A model generated the notes under the pieces. The model was not told where the DNA came from. It worked only from the letters and a program-made list of their open reading frames with translations, and did not search any database. Shown here piece by piece: positions 46,869 to 55,576 of a stretch of 64,000 nucleotides of DNA. This stretch comes from an uncultured Pseudomonadota bacterium. GTDB taxonomy: Bacteria; Babelota; Babeliae; Babelales; RVW-14. The stretch covers positions 19,393-83,392 of the forward strand of contig CAZMQG010000001.1 in the NCBI GenBank assembly GCA_964568625.1, in the 5' to 3' direction. Numbering within the stretch: position 1 is the stretch's first letter; each line of letters starts with the position of its first letter. The position numbers and the translations under genes were made by a program.

Positions 46869-47555
46869 TTATTTTACAAGTAACCCATCATGTAATGTAT
46901 ACACAACTTCCATCTTAGTATAAACATCAGGATCATGCGAACAGATTATTACACCCATTCCCCATTCCTCTTTTGCCCTTAAAATTAAATTAACAACATT
47001 TTTAGCATTATCAGAATCCAAATTTCCTGTTGGCTCATCTGCAAGCAAAAATGAAGGTTTATTAAAAATTGCTCTGGAAATTGATACCCTTTGCTGTTCT
47101 CCACCGGAAAGTTGCCCCGGATAACTGTTCTCTTTTCCAGATAAGCCCATATTTTGCAATAACTCAAATGCTCTAGCACGACATTTTGTATTATTTTCAC
47201 CTTTGACCAAACCAACCAACATAATATTCTCAAGTACTGTTAACTCTTTGATTAGGTAATGGAACTGAAACACAAACCCCATTGTTTTATTTAAAAATTT
47301 CTCTTTTTCCGATTGTTTTAGTTTATAAATATCTTTTCCATTAAAAGTTACAGTACCTTCGCTTGGTTCATCAAGTCCACCTAAAATGTGCATGAACGTA
47401 GACTTCCCGCTTCCAGAAACCCCCTTAATTGCATAAGCAGTTCCCTTACAAAACTCTACGGATACGCCCTTCAAAACATGACTAATTTTATCGGCTTCCC
47501 CAAAATCTTTGTAAATATTATTTGAAATCAATCGATCGGCAAATTGCCCAATCAT
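46869..47555 (-). CDS. ABC transporter ATP-binding protein, LolD/MacB/FtsE-like
   Basis: Start trimmed to ATG 47555 (TGGAGA SD; the ORF-track start is a TTG inside that SD). Walker A GVSGSGKST, signature LSGGEQQRVSISRA, Walker B FLLADEPTGNLD. No permease gene is adjacent. Confidence 0.8.
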   Translation of the reverse strand: MIGQFADRLISNNIYKDFGEADKISHVLKGVSVEFCKGTAYAIKGVSGSGKSTFMHILGGLDEPSEGTVTFNGKDIYKLKQSEKEKFLNKTMGFVFQFHYLIKELTVLENIMLVGLVKGENNTKCRARAFELLQNMGLSGKENSYPGQLSGGEQQRVSISRAIFNKPSFLLADEPTGNLDSDNAKNVVNLILRAKEEWGMGVIICSHDPDVYTKMEVVYTLHDGLLVK

Positions 47556-47731
47556 TTTATTCTCCAAAAAATAATTTCACTTTTTTTTAACTTCTTAATC
47601 ATTATTACCCCATTAAAATACGATATTCTTTTAAATATTACCAATTCTGTTGCATTATCCAAAGCAATTTCTTTAAAATTCAATTTAGAACAGGGGCAAA
47701 TTTAGGACATATCAAAGGGGGAGGGGGAGTA

Positions 47732-50074
47732 ATGGAACACAAAAAAAAGGACTCTGTAGATGAAAGCATACCACAGATAATTTCGGTAATTCCAACTATT
47801 GATGTGGTTGTTTTTCCTCACATGGTCGTTCCACTGCTGGTTATGGATGACAAGATCATAAATGGAGTTAATTTAGCTCAGGAGGATTCCAAAAAAGTTC
47901 TTTTGCTTGCAGCGCATCAACCAACCGAAGGCTATACCGGACCGATAGGACTTCAAGATCTTTATAAAGTCGGTACAGTTGGCAATATAATGAGAATCAT
48001 GGACTTACCCGAAGGAGGAATTAAGGTTTTAGTACAAGGCGTAGCAAAGGTAAAAGTAGAAGAAATACTCGCAGATAATGACATGCTACAGGCGCAAATT
48101 ACAAAATTTAGCTCAAAACCAACCACCTACACAAAATCAAAAGCGGAAACTCAATTAAAAGGAATTTTAAAATCACTCGAAAAACTTTCTGCACGAGGTC
48201 AATTAATAGGACTGGATTTTCACTCTATAACTTCCCAAATTCAAGATCTTGAACATACCACAGACTTTATTCTCTCGCACCTTAATATCGATGTAAACAA
48301 GGCTCAAGAGCTCCTAGAAATGAACAACTTAAATGATGTGCTAACCGGAATAGAAAATTATTTAAGCAATGAAATAGAAGTAACAAGCGTCCAAGAAAAA
48401 ATACAAACGGATGCTCGTGAATCAATAAATAAATCCCAACGTGAGTATTACTTACGTGAACAGCTTAAAGCAATTCAAAAAGAACTGGGAGATGATCCTG
48501 AAAATGAGATTGATCTCCTGAAAAAAACACTCAGTGAAAAAAACATCCCGGAAGATATAAGAGCTGAAGCAACAAGACAAATGCGTAGGCTTGAAAAAAC
48601 ATCACCCGATTCAATGGAGGCAACAGTTATCCGTAATCATCTTGAATGGCTCTTAGAACTCCCATGGGGTGTCTTCACTAAAGACAATTCTGACATAAAC
48701 AAAGCAAAAGAAATTTTAGATTCAAACCACTTCGGACTAGAAGAAACCAAGGATCGCATCCTTGATTTTCTTTCTATAAAATTTCTAAAAGACGATTGTC
48801 CAACACCAATTTTATGCCTATTTGGCCCTCCGGGAGTAGGAAAAACTTCTCTTGGATTTTCAATAGCCAAGAGTCTGAATAGAAATTATGCTCGAATCTC
48901 ATTAGGAGGTGTTTACGATGAATGTGAAATACGCGGACATCGCAGAACCTATGTGGGAGCTTTACCCGGAAGATTTATTCAGGCAATTCGTAAAGCAAAC
49001 TCATGTAACCCTGTTTTGGTTATAGATGAGATCGACAAAATTGGTACATCAAATAGAGGCGATCCTTCTGCCGCATTACTTGAGGTACTAGACCCAGAAC
49101 AAAACAGCACATTTTACGACAATTATCTGGGCGTAAACTTTGACATGTCAAAGGTAATGTTTATAACCACAGCTAATGACCTTTCAACAATTCCTGGACC
49201 TCTACGTGATCGCATGGAAATAATTCAAATTTCAGGATACGTACAAGAAGAGAAAATTGAAATCGCACAACGTCACCTGATACCAAAAGCATTCAAAGAC
49301 TCAGGACTTGAAGGAAAAGGACTTGACTTCAATAAAAATGTTTTGGGTTCCATAGTAAATAATTACACAAGAGAATCAGGGGTACGCGATCTTGAACGAA
49401 ATATAAAAAAGCTTTGTTCAAAATATGCTCGCGCACTTGTTGAAAATAATAAAAAGATCAAATTTTCAATCGATAATCTACATGAATACCTAGGGCCTCG
49501 AAAAACGCCTGAAGAATCATGCTCACATGCTAATAAAGTTGGAGTAACAAACGGCCTTGCATGGACTCCATATGGAGGGGAAGTCTTGCAAATAGAAGCT
49601 GTTTTAATGAAAGGAACCGGAAAATTACTTCTTACCGGACAACTTGGCGACGTTATGAAAGAATCAGCACAGGCAGCAGTAACATATGCTAAATCACATG
49701 CTGACAACTTTGGAATCAGACCTGAAAGATTTACTGATTATGACTTACATATTCACATTCCGGCAGGCGCTATTCCAAAAGATGGGCCTTCTGCAGGAGT
49801 AACACTCTTATCATCGATTTTATCAGTTCTTACTGACAGAGCTATCAATGGATCATATGCAATGACAGGTGAAATTAGCTTACAAGGCACAGTTCTGCCA
49901 ATCGGAGGACTGAAGGAAAAAATACTGGCAGCAAAACAAAATGGTCTTAAAAATATAATAATACCTAAACAAAACGAAAGAGATATTGCCGGATTAGACA
50001 AACTCTTCAAAGGATTAAAACTGTATTTTGTCGATGACGTAAAAGAAGTATTAAATCACGTGTTAATTAAGTAA
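47732..50074 (+). CDS. lon: ATP-dependent Lon protease (LonA)
   Basis: LON N-domain IPTIDVVVFPHMVVPLLV, Walker A GPPGVGKTS, proteolytic site PKDGPSAGVTLLSS with a downstream MTGEISLQG. GGGGGAGGGGGAG SD. Confidence 0.95.
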   Translation: MEHKKKDSVDESIPQIISVIPTIDVVVFPHMVVPLLVMDDKIINGVNLAQEDSKKVLLLAAHQPTEGYTGPIGLQDLYKVGTVGNIMRIMDLPEGGIKVLVQGVAKVKVEEILADNDMLQAQITKFSSKPTTYTKSKAETQLKGILKSLEKLSARGQLIGLDFHSITSQIQDLEHTTDFILSHLNIDVNKAQELLEMNNLNDVLTGIENYLSNEIEVTSVQEKIQTDARESINKSQREYYLREQLKAIQKELGDDPENEIDLLKKTLSEKNIPEDIRAEATRQMRRLEKTSPDSMEATVIRNHLEWLLELPWGVFTKDNSDINKAKEILDSNHFGLEETKDRILDFLSIKFLKDDCPTPILCLFGPPGVGKTSLGFSIAKSLNRNYARISLGGVYDECEIRGHRRTYVGALPGRFIQAIRKANSCNPVLVIDEIDKIGTSNRGDPSAALLEVLDPEQNSTFYDNYLGVNFDMSKVMFITTANDLSTIPGPLRDRMEIIQISGYVQEEKIEIAQRHLIPKAFKDSGLEGKGLDFNKNVLGSIVNNYTRESGVRDLERNIKKLCSKYARALVENNKKIKFSIDNLHEYLGPRKTPEESCSHANKVGVTNGLAWTPYGGEVLQIEAVLMKGTGKLLLTGQLGDVMKESAQAAVTYAKSHADNFGIRPERFTDYDLHIHIPAGAIPKDGPSAGVTLLSSILSVLTDRAINGSYAMTGEISLQGTVLPIGGLKEKILAAKQNGLKNIIIPKQNERDIAGLDKLFKGLKLYFVDDVKEVLNHVLIK

Positions 50075-50092
50075 AATTAAGTAAAAAAACAC

Positions 50093-50113
50093 GGTGCAGT
50101 TTGTTACTGCACC
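50093..50113 (+). terminator. short hairpin after lon
   Basis: GGTGCAG (50093-50099), loop TTTGTTA, CTGCACC (50107-50113). Confidence 0.4.
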
Positions 50114-50139
50114 AGTATAAATTATATATCTCCAGCCAC

Positions 50140-50186
50140 ATCATCCCCGACTAAATTTCAAGTTTAGCTCGGGGATGATATATTTT
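50140..50186. terminator. hairpin between convergent lon and 50190..50699
   Basis: ATCATCCCCGA (50140-50150) pairs with TCGGGGATGAT (50169-50179), 11 bp perfect, followed by ATATATTTTT. Confidence 0.55.
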
Positions 50187-50189
50187 TAA

Positions 50190-50699
50190 CTACTTATCAC
50201 TTTTGTTTGCGACAATTCCCTTTAGATCTTGTAAATTTATCTCAATAACACGCAAATAATATTTTAGAGACTTCAATCGTTTGGATGGAACACTGTCCTT
50301 TGAACAAGATTTTATATCTGCTATGTGTTTTTTGAGCTTTGATTTTTCACTATGCATGGCTTTAATGAGAGATTGCAGTGTCTCCGGGTTTATCTCAGAA
50401 GCCTCTTTCGGCCTTGAAAAACGCAAAAATTCAAGATACTTAACCTTCTCACAAGCCTCAACCAACTCAAGCATATTTTTGAAATCATATGCGATCAGAT
50501 CACATTTATTACTTTTTTCATCAACTTGGGGAATACTAATTTCTTTGAAATCCAGCTTAAACTGCTTTGAAGTGGTAGTTGGTAACTCCACAGCCAATTC
50601 TTTTGGAAAATACTTATTATAAGCCACCTGTGCTCCTTTTAGTACAAGTATGGCTACCATTAAATAAAAAATTACCTTAATAATTTTACCAACATTCAT
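50190..50699 (-). CDS. membrane-anchored hypothetical protein (169 aa)
   Basis: N-terminal TM segment IIKVIFYLMVAILVLKGA. The remainder is charged and helical. No motif recognised. Confidence 0.5.
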   Translation of the reverse strand: MNVGKIIKVIFYLMVAILVLKGAQVAYNKYFPKELAVELPTTTSKQFKLDFKEISIPQVDEKSNKCDLIAYDFKNMLELVEACEKVKYLEFLRFSRPKEASEINPETLQSLIKAMHSEKSKLKKHIADIKSCSKDSVPSKRLKSLKYYLRVIEINLQDLKGIVANKSDK

Positions 50700-50935
50700 G
50701 TTTTTACTCCCAGCCTCTCATTTATAATTGTAAATAAACAGAAAGCTAAAAACAATATATTAAATAAATACTTTTGAACTTAAAATCCCAAATATTCAAA
50801 TTAAATACGAAACTGTTTTAACATAAACAGCCGGGGGAGGCGTTTGGATTTTGTAAATAATTTTGGTATAAGGGTATAACAATGAAAAGTTATTTTGCCA
50901 GGTAATGAGAATTTTTCCTAGGATAAACTAAAAAA

Positions 50936-52615
50936 ATGACTATTTTGGTTCTTTTATTAGGGTGCTTATTCACCATTTTATCTATTCTAATTTTATCGTA
51001 CATATCAGTTGCTACGATATTGGGGCCATGGATCGCCCCTACTATCATTCTTTTAAGCATTGGCATATCCGAAACACTGTCAAAAATACGTCAAAAATCA
51101 TTCTCATTGCACGATATTATAAAGATACAGGCTATTGCTGCCGGAGGCGGAATAATTGCAACAGCAATAGGTTTTTCGCTTCCTATAATATTTTTTCTGG
51201 AAAATGAAACATTTGCACACTGGATGAACCATCCTTTTTATTTTTGTAGTATGATAGGAATAATATGTCTTTCAGGCGGAGCGCTTGGACTATGTTCTGC
51301 TCGAATACTTTCAAAAACACTGATCAAAAAAAACTCGTTACCATTTCCAGTAAGCCAGTTAACATTTAAAATTGCCTCCACTAAAAACAACAAATTTGAA
51401 GCTAAGGCCTTGCTATATGGAATTGCCAGCACACTTGGCATTCTGATTTTACGCGATGGAATTGGCAAATGGAAGGGAATAATACCAAAATATATTCCGG
51501 TACTACCAACAATACTCCAAAACGAATTTACCCTATCCATTCGCCCCATGCTCTGGGCAATTGGATATTCAACAGGGCTAGAAACACTAATTCCACTTTT
51601 AATTGGATTAATGTCAAAATATTTAATTATTTATCCCCTAAACTACCATTCTCAATATCTTCCAATAAGTCTGTTTGAGCCATATTCCACAATACAATTT
51701 GCTTTTGCATTTTGTTGCGGAATTTTGCTTTACGAAATTTTTTTCGCCATTCCAAAGCATAACGAAATTATCCCCAAAATTAGGGACCTCATTATTTTTG
51801 CACCAAATAGAATATCCGTTTTGGTTAAAAATGTTATAAATCACAAAATCAAAACCAAACCCAACATTCCAATACTCTCAAAAATGATAATGTATATAGA
51901 ACCAATCATTACAATAGTCCTTGCTTTTGTACTCTTGAGCTATTTTCACTTCTCAATCTTGGCACAAATCTCGTTAATCATATTTTCAGTTATTGGTACA
52001 TACCAAATTTGCTTGATAAGTGGAAAAATCGGACTTGTACAATTTGGACGCTTTTCAACACTTGTAGCATTACCCATGTATATTTTATTTAACCTAAATT
52101 TTATTCAGGTAACCATTGTATGCATATTTTTCAATATCTGCGCTGCCGTTGCCTCAGATTTACTTTTTGATTATAGAACAGGATCATTCTGCAATATTTC
52201 ACAAGTAAAAATGCATAGTTATCAGTGGCTAGGCTTGATTATAAGCTCATTAAGCGCCGGATTAGCTTTTTGGCTTCTCTTCACCTATTTAAAAATAGGA
52301 TCTCCCGAACTTTTCGCTCAAAGGGCTCAGGCAAAGGCCGCTATAATTCAAACATTTAAATTTGATAAATACATACTCGCAGCAGGCTTCATTTTTGCAT
52401 TTATACTCAAAAAACTAAAAATAAGCCCTGCTATGACCTTTGGAGGCATATTAATGCCAAATGACATGACCTTCGCATTGATTATAGGGGGCACAATATC
52501 TCACTTCACAAAACACGAAAATAACCACTCTTTAAAAGATTTTTTTTGCGCAGGAGTATTCTCCAGCGAATCAATATGGGTTTTTATAAAAATAATTTTT
52601 AAGTTATTTACCTAG
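50936..52615 (+). CDS. polytopic membrane transporter, OPT (oligopeptide transporter)-superfamily-like
   Basis: 559 aa with about 14-16 TM segments. NSLPFPVSQLTFKIAS resembles the OPT L-x-[FY]-P-[ES]-G-x-A motif region. The assignment is tentative. Confidence 0.4.
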   Translation: MTILVLLLGCLFTILSILILSYISVATILGPWIAPTIILLSIGISETLSKIRQKSFSLHDIIKIQAIAAGGGIIATAIGFSLPIIFFLENETFAHWMNHPFYFCSMIGIICLSGGALGLCSARILSKTLIKKNSLPFPVSQLTFKIASTKNNKFEAKALLYGIASTLGILILRDGIGKWKGIIPKYIPVLPTILQNEFTLSIRPMLWAIGYSTGLETLIPLLIGLMSKYLIIYPLNYHSQYLPISLFEPYSTIQFAFAFCCGILLYEIFFAIPKHNEIIPKIRDLIIFAPNRISVLVKNVINHKIKTKPNIPILSKMIMYIEPIITIVLAFVLLSYFHFSILAQISLIIFSVIGTYQICLISGKIGLVQFGRFSTLVALPMYILFNLNFIQVTIVCIFFNICAAVASDLLFDYRTGSFCNISQVKMHSYQWLGLIISSLSAGLAFWLLFTYLKIGSPELFAQRAQAKAAIIQTFKFDKYILAAGFIFAFILKKLKISPAMTFGGILMPNDMTFALIIGGTISHFTKHENNHSLKDFFCAGVFSSESIWVFIKIIFKLFT

Positions 52616-52820
52616 AAACATCCCTTTGGGGTAAAATTAACGTTTTTGCTTAATTATACAAGTAGAAAACTTATAAAAGTATAAAAAATGCCTTATTTTT
52701 GCACTTTGAATAGGTAATTTGACTATCTGCACTGATATTGTAATCTGAAATAAAATATCGTTAAGAATAGAATGAATATGTATTTTTATATATTATTTCA
52801 CATAATACGGGGGTTATACC

Positions 52821-53504
52821 ATGATTTCAACAAAGCTCAGAGTTAAAGAGTATCTAAGAGAACGTCGTTGGACAACAAAAGTCCTGGCTGAAAAAACCGG
52901 GATGTCCGAAAGTTATCTAACTCATATAAAAAATGGAACACGTCGCTGGAATGAAGATGCACTTAAAAAATTAGCTGAAGCTTTCGAAGTTGAGGCAACA
53001 GATCTTTTTGAAACATCAAACCAAAGTCGCAAAGATCTTCCAATAAACATTCAAATTCCAGACGAAATTAAAAATCAACTTTCAAATTACACTCTAAAAT
53101 TAAAAATCGTTCCTGTGGTAGGCCAAATTCCGGCTCAACCATCAGCTTACAATAATCAGCTGATCCAAGTATCATCCGGATACAAAGATCAATTTGTAAC
53201 AGTACTTGATAGCGATGATGAAAACATGTTCTGCTTATCAGTTGACGATAACAACATGGCACCTAATTTCGTAAAAGGTGACTTACTAGTTGTTTCTCCA
53301 TCCACATGGACAAATTCCGGCGACATAGTTGCTGTTGAATATGGAACAGAAACACCTGTTAGAGCCATCATGCAAGTAAACTTTATGGACGACCTGGTTG
53401 TCCTTGAAGCAGTTAACCATAAAAAAGCTCCAATTGCTCTCTCAAGAGGCAAGGATCAATTCAGAATTATTGGAAAAGTAATTCACAGATTCCAAAAAAT
53501 ATAA
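52821..53504 (+). CDS. XRE-HTH + S24 (LexA/CI)-like repressor with apparently substituted catalytic dyad
   Basis: HTH WTTKVLAEKTGMSESYLTHIKNGTRRWNEDALKKLAEAF. C-terminal S24-like fold VPVVGQIPAQP...FCLSVDDNNMAPNFVKGDLLVVSP...GDIVAVEY...PVRAIMQV...IIGKVI. By-eye alignment with E. coli LexA puts Asn145 (53253..53255) at Ser119 and Arg at Lys156. Confidence 0.6.
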   Translation: MISTKLRVKEYLRERRWTTKVLAEKTGMSESYLTHIKNGTRRWNEDALKKLAEAFEVEATDLFETSNQSRKDLPINIQIPDEIKNQLSNYTLKLKIVPVVGQIPAQPSAYNNQLIQVSSGYKDQFVTVLDSDDENMFCLSVDDNNMAPNFVKGDLLVVSPSTWTNSGDIVAVEYGTETPVRAIMQVNFMDDLVVLEAVNHKKAPIALSRGKDQFRIIGKVIHRFQKI

Positions 53505-53595
53505 AACAAACTACATCAAATATTCGACAGCATCTGTTTTTACAATCTGTCGAATATTTGATCTCATAAAAGATTTTAATAAAAAGGAGGTTATC

Positions 53596-54369
53596 ATGAA
53601 AAATATAAGAATTTTATTCCTGGCTACATTGACTGCAGGGCTCACCATTACAAATACATTTGCAATGGATGCAAGAGCAGCTACAAGCCATACTGAAAGC
53701 TCCACAAGACAAGATCTACAAATCCAATCAAGCCTATCTGTACTGCCAGATGAATTAATAGTAAAAATTTTAGCAGATTCCATAGAAGACGACTTTATAA
53801 AATGCACAGATCAAAGTATGCTACTCAAAAAAATAAATATTGCTATTACGGAATTAAAACAATTAAGACTTGTAAATCACGAATTTGCAAATTTTTTAAC
53901 AAATGAAACAATCATCTATATCTTAAGAGTTGCAAATCTAGCCGCATATGCAAACCAAATTAATCCTGACACAGGAGAAGCCTTATTGCACATGGCCATA
54001 CGCAGAGGTAAGTATATGTTAGCAAAAATTTTAATCAAAACAGGAGCAGATGTTAACAAACAACTCATAACCCCAAGAGACCCCAAAATTACCCGACAAT
54101 TCCCTGTTGGAACAACTCCTCTTCATACTGCAATAAAGGCGGGTAATCTCAGCATCGTGGAATTATTGGTTCACTATGGTGCCAATATTACTGCAACAAT
54201 CACTAAATACGAGCAGATCTTTACCCCTTTGGATATAGCAAGAAATAATGGAGATGATAATATCATTCACATCCTTGAAAATGCTTATACAACAAAAGGC
54301 ATTGCTATCCCTGCTACCGATGAGATAGAAAATGACCCTGTTTTTATAAATGCACCTCAGCATAACTAA
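53596..54369 (+). CDS. F-box + ankyrin-repeat protein with signal peptide (AnkB-like eukaryote-mimic)
   Basis: AGGAGG SD. Signal peptide MKNIRILFLATLTAGLTITNTFA. F-box LSVLPDELIVKILADS...LKQLRLVNHEFANFL (53731..~53895). ANK repeats GEALLHMAIRRGKYMLAKILIKTGADVN, GTTPLHTAIKAGNLSIVELLVHYGANI, FTPLDIARNNGDDNIIHILENA. Confidence 0.8.
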   Translation: MKNIRILFLATLTAGLTITNTFAMDARAATSHTESSTRQDLQIQSSLSVLPDELIVKILADSIEDDFIKCTDQSMLLKKINIAITELKQLRLVNHEFANFLTNETIIYILRVANLAAYANQINPDTGEALLHMAIRRGKYMLAKILIKTGADVNKQLITPRDPKITRQFPVGTTPLHTAIKAGNLSIVELLVHYGANITATITKYEQIFTPLDIARNNGDDNIIHILENAYTTKGIAIPATDEIENDPVFINAPQHN

Positions 54370-54422
54370 ATAAATCATCGCTTCTCATCAAATTTTTAAA
54401 TTCAAACAAATTAGTACTTTTT

Positions 54423-54460
54423 AATAGGTCAGAAGTTGGCTATTCAACTACTGACCTATT
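54423..54460 (+). terminator. long imperfect hairpin after the F-box/ANK gene
   Basis: AATAGGTCAG-A-AGTTG / GCTATT / CAACT-A-CTGACCTATT. No clear U-tract. Confidence 0.45.
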
Positions 54461-54610
54461 GCACTATTTCTATTGCATAAATACCTATTTTTGCTATTCT
54501 GAAACAGTTATTTGTAGTTTTTAAGGGTTCCATTTACAACCACATAGATGGTTGTTATCTCCCCCTTAACAAGTTGTACATGTTCAAATTTTTTAGTTCA
54601 GGGAGAACCT

Positions 54611-55063
54611 ATGTTACGCTATGAAACATTATTCTTAGCAAGTACAGAAATTACCGATGATGAAATATCATCAATCGAGCGTTATCTGGACAAAGAGCTT
54701 GCAAATATAAAAGGCAAGCTTTCAGTTTTCGATAAGTGGGGAAAATATCGCCTCGCATATCCTGTAGATAAAAGCGATTACGGAGTTTATATTCTTGCCC
54801 GCTATGAAATTGCGGACAACGCAGGCGTACCAAATTTCGTAAAAGAACTTGATTCTTTCGTTAAAATTAAATGTGATGAGTTTATTATGCGTTATGCCAC
54901 AGTTAAACTGTCTAGTAATGCACCATCCACTTATATAAAACCAGATCCAATCGATGCTGGCAGAGCTACAAATGTGGATAAGTTCGTAAAAGACCACAAG
55001 ATGGAAGGCCTCTTGGGTAGCGACTTTGAAAATAAAGACATTGATATTGAAAATAACGAATAA
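54611..55063 (+). CDS. rpsF: 30S ribosomal protein S6
   Basis: Start trimmed to MLRYETLFLAS (GGGAGA SD), the typical S6 start M-R-x-YE. Also KWGKYRLAYPV and an acidic C-terminal tail. Confidence 0.85.
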   Translation: MLRYETLFLASTEITDDEISSIERYLDKELANIKGKLSVFDKWGKYRLAYPVDKSDYGVYILARYEIADNAGVPNFVKELDSFVKIKCDEFIMRYATVKLSSNAPSTYIKPDPIDAGRATNVDKFVKDHKMEGLLGSDFENKDIDIENNE

Positions 55064-55078
55064 ATCAAGGATTAAGTC

Positions 55079-55363
55079 ATGGCAAAACACAAATTAAAAA
55101 TAAGCACTCGCTTATTAAGTAAAAAAGTAAGAAAATCCGCTTACTTGTCTCAGAAGCATTGCCGTTTTTGTGCAATACCTGATCAAGAGGCATTAATTGA
55201 TTATAAGAATGTAAATCTTCTTAGAGGTTTTTTAACAGAACGTTACAAAATACTTCCATCAAGAGTTTCAGGAAACTGCTTCTTTCATCAAAGAGCTCTT
55301 TCCAAACAAATCAAGCTTGCTCGCACAATGGCATTGCTTCCATTTTGTGCCATCAACAGATAA
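55079..55363 (+). CDS. rpsR: 30S ribosomal protein S18
   Basis: CRFC......[50 protein letters not shown] matches the S18 signature. Confidence 0.9.
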   Translation: MAKHKLKISTRLLSKKVRKSAYLSQKHCRFCAIPDQEALIDYKNVNLLRGFLTERYKILPSRVSGNCFFHQRALSKQIKLARTMALLPFCAINR

Positions 55364-55388
55364 TTAGTTAAAATTCTAAATTGAAGTC

Positions 55389-55435
55389 AAACAAAGAAAG
55401 TTAGCTATTTGGTTAACTTTCTTTGTTTTTTATTT
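55389..55435 (+). terminator. rho-independent terminator after rpsR
   Basis: AAACAAAGAAAGTTA (55389-55403) pairs with TAACTTTCTTTGTTT (55414-55428), 15 bp perfect, followed by TTTTATTT. Confidence 0.75.
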
Positions 55436-55576
55436 CTTTTTGCAACATTCATATTATTCTGTTAGAATTTTGCTAGTATCTCAAACAAAAAATCGAAATT
55501 CAGTAAAATTATCGATTTTACTCTGGGATTGGTGAGGGGTTTTAGAAATTTAATTTTATTTTTTAAGAGGAATACA

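Noticed and set aside
47568-47731. Searched the lon upstream region for a CIRCE (TTAGCACTC-N9-GAGTGCTAA) or other heat-shock operator
   Set aside because: No such inverted repeat is present. Only a strong GGGGGAGGGGGAG SD was seen.
52616-52820. Looked for LexA-box-like palindromes upstream of the LexA/CI-like gene (TGCACT occurs twice; TTATA-AAAG-TATAA palindrome)
   Set aside because: The candidates are short and AT-rich, and none resembles a known SOS box (CTGT-N8-ACAG or GAAC-N4-GTTC). They cannot be supported without footprinting or comparative data.
54548-54610. N-terminal extensions implied by ORF-track starts: rpsF 54548, typA 55529, truA 25407, lgt 31879, cdsA 24592, rlmN 17519, ANK 23891, OMP 5879, paralog-2 60711, ABC ATPase 47567
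   Set aside because: In each case a downstream ATG has a proper SD and gives the family-typical N-terminus or a clean signal peptide. The upstream extensions overlap neighbouring genes or lack an SD, so the starts were trimmed.
55064-55078. rpsF is directly followed by rpsR, without ssb/priB between them or rplI after them
   Set aside because: Gene-order variation of the S6 operon is common across phyla. It is noted but not considered significant on its own.
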